From Eledone cirrhosa (lineage: Eukaryota), in contig OZ024741.1 in NCBI GenBank assembly GCA_964016885.1, positions 206,832,001 through 206,896,000 on the forward strand: DNA of 64,000 nucleotides. The letters are read 5' to 3'. This document shows positions 61,560-64,000 of the stretch, in pieces (the first letter of the stretch is position 1; each line of letters opens with the position of its first letter). Under the pieces are notes generated by a model. The model saw only the letters and a program-made list of their open reading frames with translations. It was not told the DNA's origin and did no database searches. The translations under genes and the position numbers were made by a program.

Positions 61560-64000
61560 AGACTGAGGAAGACAACGTCTCTGTAATGGAGACGGACTAA
61601 AAGGAAACAAAAACTCTACTATTTTAAATTGTGGTTTTAAACAGACCAAATAACATTGGAAACACATTCACCGAGAATAACTACAACAACAACAATAACA
61701 ATAAAAATGAAAACAACAACGTTAAAAATGAAAACAACAAAATCAACAGCAGCGAAAATATCAACACCGATAAAATCGAAAAAGACAATAACAATAAAAA
61801 CAGTGTCAGCAACAACAACAACAATAACAATAACAACAGCAACAACAACAACAACAATAATTCAACTAGCAAACCAGCAAATAATGCCAACACTAGAGCT
61901 ATGAAAACTTGTTTTCGAAAATCACGTACTCTGAAGAAGTAAAACAAACAAGAGGGCGGGTAGAAAGTGACGGCTAATCCGATCTTTAGCGCACCTCGAC
62001 GCACCACCATGTTATTCGATCTCAAACAGATGTATACCGCTTTTCAGCAGCACTTCACCCAAGTGTTCGGGAGCAGTGGAGGGCCGGATCGTGGGATTGA
62101 CATTACTACCTACCTCGATGGCCTGTCGCGACTCGCAACAGAATGTTGCAAAAGTCAATAACAGCCGCTGAAATACGGGAGACAATAACTAACTAAACGA
62201 AGGGGAAATCGCCTGGTTTAGATTGTCTGTCCTACGAGCTTTACGTTTCTATGCCAGACTTGTTCGGTGACCTCTTGGCAGACGTCTACTGCAACCGGCA
62301 ACAGAACAAGAGAATTCCCAGTTCTGTGAGCCGTGGTGCAGAAAAGACCCGAAAAAAGGAGATTATATTGATCATTTTAGGCCCATAATTCTACTGAATA
62401 CAGAGTTCAAAATTTGGGCCATGGAGTTAGCGATAAGGTAGGCGCTTGTCGGTGGTCTGGTAGGGAAGGCACAGACATGTGCCATTTCGAAGAGATCCAT
62501 ACACGATTACTTTATCTGATAAATCATAATGAGGTTGGCTAAGGAACTTGGCACGGATGGGGTACTGATCAATTTAGATCAATCAAAAGCACTCGAGAGG
62601 GTCGACCATCAGTACCTGGAGGCGGTCCTCAAAGCAGCCGGCTTTGGGCCCATTTTCAGAGGATGGATTGCTTCTATGCACATGGACATCTGCTCTGCGA
62701 TTAGAGTGAACGCTCACCTCTCGTAACCGTTCAACATTATGCGTTCGTTTGCCAAGGTTGTTCCCTCTCGTCTCTGTTTTATTTTTTTACTTACGAGCCA
62801 CTAATGCACAAATTGGAGACTCTTAGAGGCATCTCGAGTGAACTAGGACATGGGAGATCTGTGTCAGCTTATGCCGACGACGTCACCGAGGTAATGTCCA
62901 GCATCAAACATATTGAGGTAATCAGCACCACTCTGACGAAATATGAAGCGCTGACAGGAGCAAAAATTAACAAGGAAAAGTCTCTAGGACTACAACTCGG
63001 CACCTGAAGAGGCAGGTCCATGCCCTCCAACAGCGTTGTCGGGCGTTGGACAGACGAATAGGTTAAATTGTTCGTGTCTGATTCTGTCCAGACCTTCAGA
63101 TTGACAAAAACTGGGACGAGGTAACAAACAGAGTGCCCAATCTCACTTACAAATGCGCCGAGAGATCGGGCAGAGGTGGCGAATGCGTACATCACAATAG
63201 TCATCTACTCTCACTTGACCGCCGTGCCTTGTCCTTAGCTACACCTGACTGCACTGAAGCGTTTGCTCTTTCGTTTCTTGTTGAAGATACGCGTTCCGAT
63301 GGTCAGGCCGTCCATCTGCGTGGAGGAGTGGGAATACAGTGGCTGATGATGCGCAGACATGCACCGAAGCTACCATATCTCCATCCTTTGCTAGACACAT
63401 GTTTCCGCAACTCGTCTCCTTGTTTCGTCTCCCAGCTGCAGTACTGGTTAAATGCCGTCAAGAAAAGACCGAGAAGGAGCGCTTGTAAACTAAAATGTCT
63501 TCAAGGGCTCACAGTCCTCTACCAATCGGGCAGTACGATCGGTGGAAATACTCCTTGGAGTTCTATAGAAGGTTAGAGGCGGAAGAAAGCGACGACGTTC
63601 TGGGGAAACTCTGAGCATCGGCGAAAATCATCTAGCCACTCATTACTCAAGGACTTTTGATCTAGGGCCCATGGACAATTTCCAGAAATCCCTGGCTTGG
63701 CAATGCTACCGGGGAGCTTTGTCAGTTCAGGATAAACTCTACGGACATGGAAATGCCGTCAGCTGAACCTGTCCGAAATGCGCGCAGGGCGACGAAACCG
63801 TCCTACACGCACTCGTCTAGTGTCTAAGCATTGATGACCTGTGGGTTTATGTCGAATACCGGCTGTCGCGTGTAAGACGAATCTAGCTAATGATTGGTCC
63901 CGCCGTCTTTCTTTAGTCAGAATGATCATGCTCTTTTTATCTGTCTGGTGGCCATGGCAAAAAAGATTGTATGGTGGACATGTTTGAAAGTGTTGAAGAA
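61560..64000 (+). mobile_element. Tx1/L1-clade LINE, older deleted copy, runs off the window edge
   Basis: Asn-rich ORF1 start joined to RT region LINLDQSKALERVDH, SAYADD, and the C-terminal CPKC region. Confidence 0.85.

Overview
AT-rich animal (eukaryotic) genomic DNA with no recognisable host gene. The SINE families and dense (TA)n/(CA)n/(GA)n microsatellites suggest a cephalopod such as Octopus; this is an inference. The window is a transposon graveyard: two decayed autonomous Helitrons (1-5648 minus, ~47090-50180 plus) plus non-autonomous Helitron pieces, a CRE-like REL retrotransposon 3' half, several R4/Dong-like REL elements, a near full-length Tx1/L1-clade LINE (55340-61230) with three deleted relatives, RTE and CR1/L2 fragments, a deleted mariner, many tRNA-derived SINEs, and fragments of at least three Penelope-like (PLE) lineages. 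The most striking feature, found by reading the DNA rather than the ORF track, is a cluster of about 20 type I hammerhead ribozyme motifs from roughly ten sequence families between ~18 and ~44 kb. Most sit in inverted or tandem repeats bordered by (TA)n tracts. Two families show compensatory stem I changes between copies. Two families have very long stem II insertions. One non-coding ~420-bp tandem unit with one hammerhead per monomer looks like a retrozyme that could produce a circular RNA. All structures were folded by eye; none is computationally or experimentally verified.
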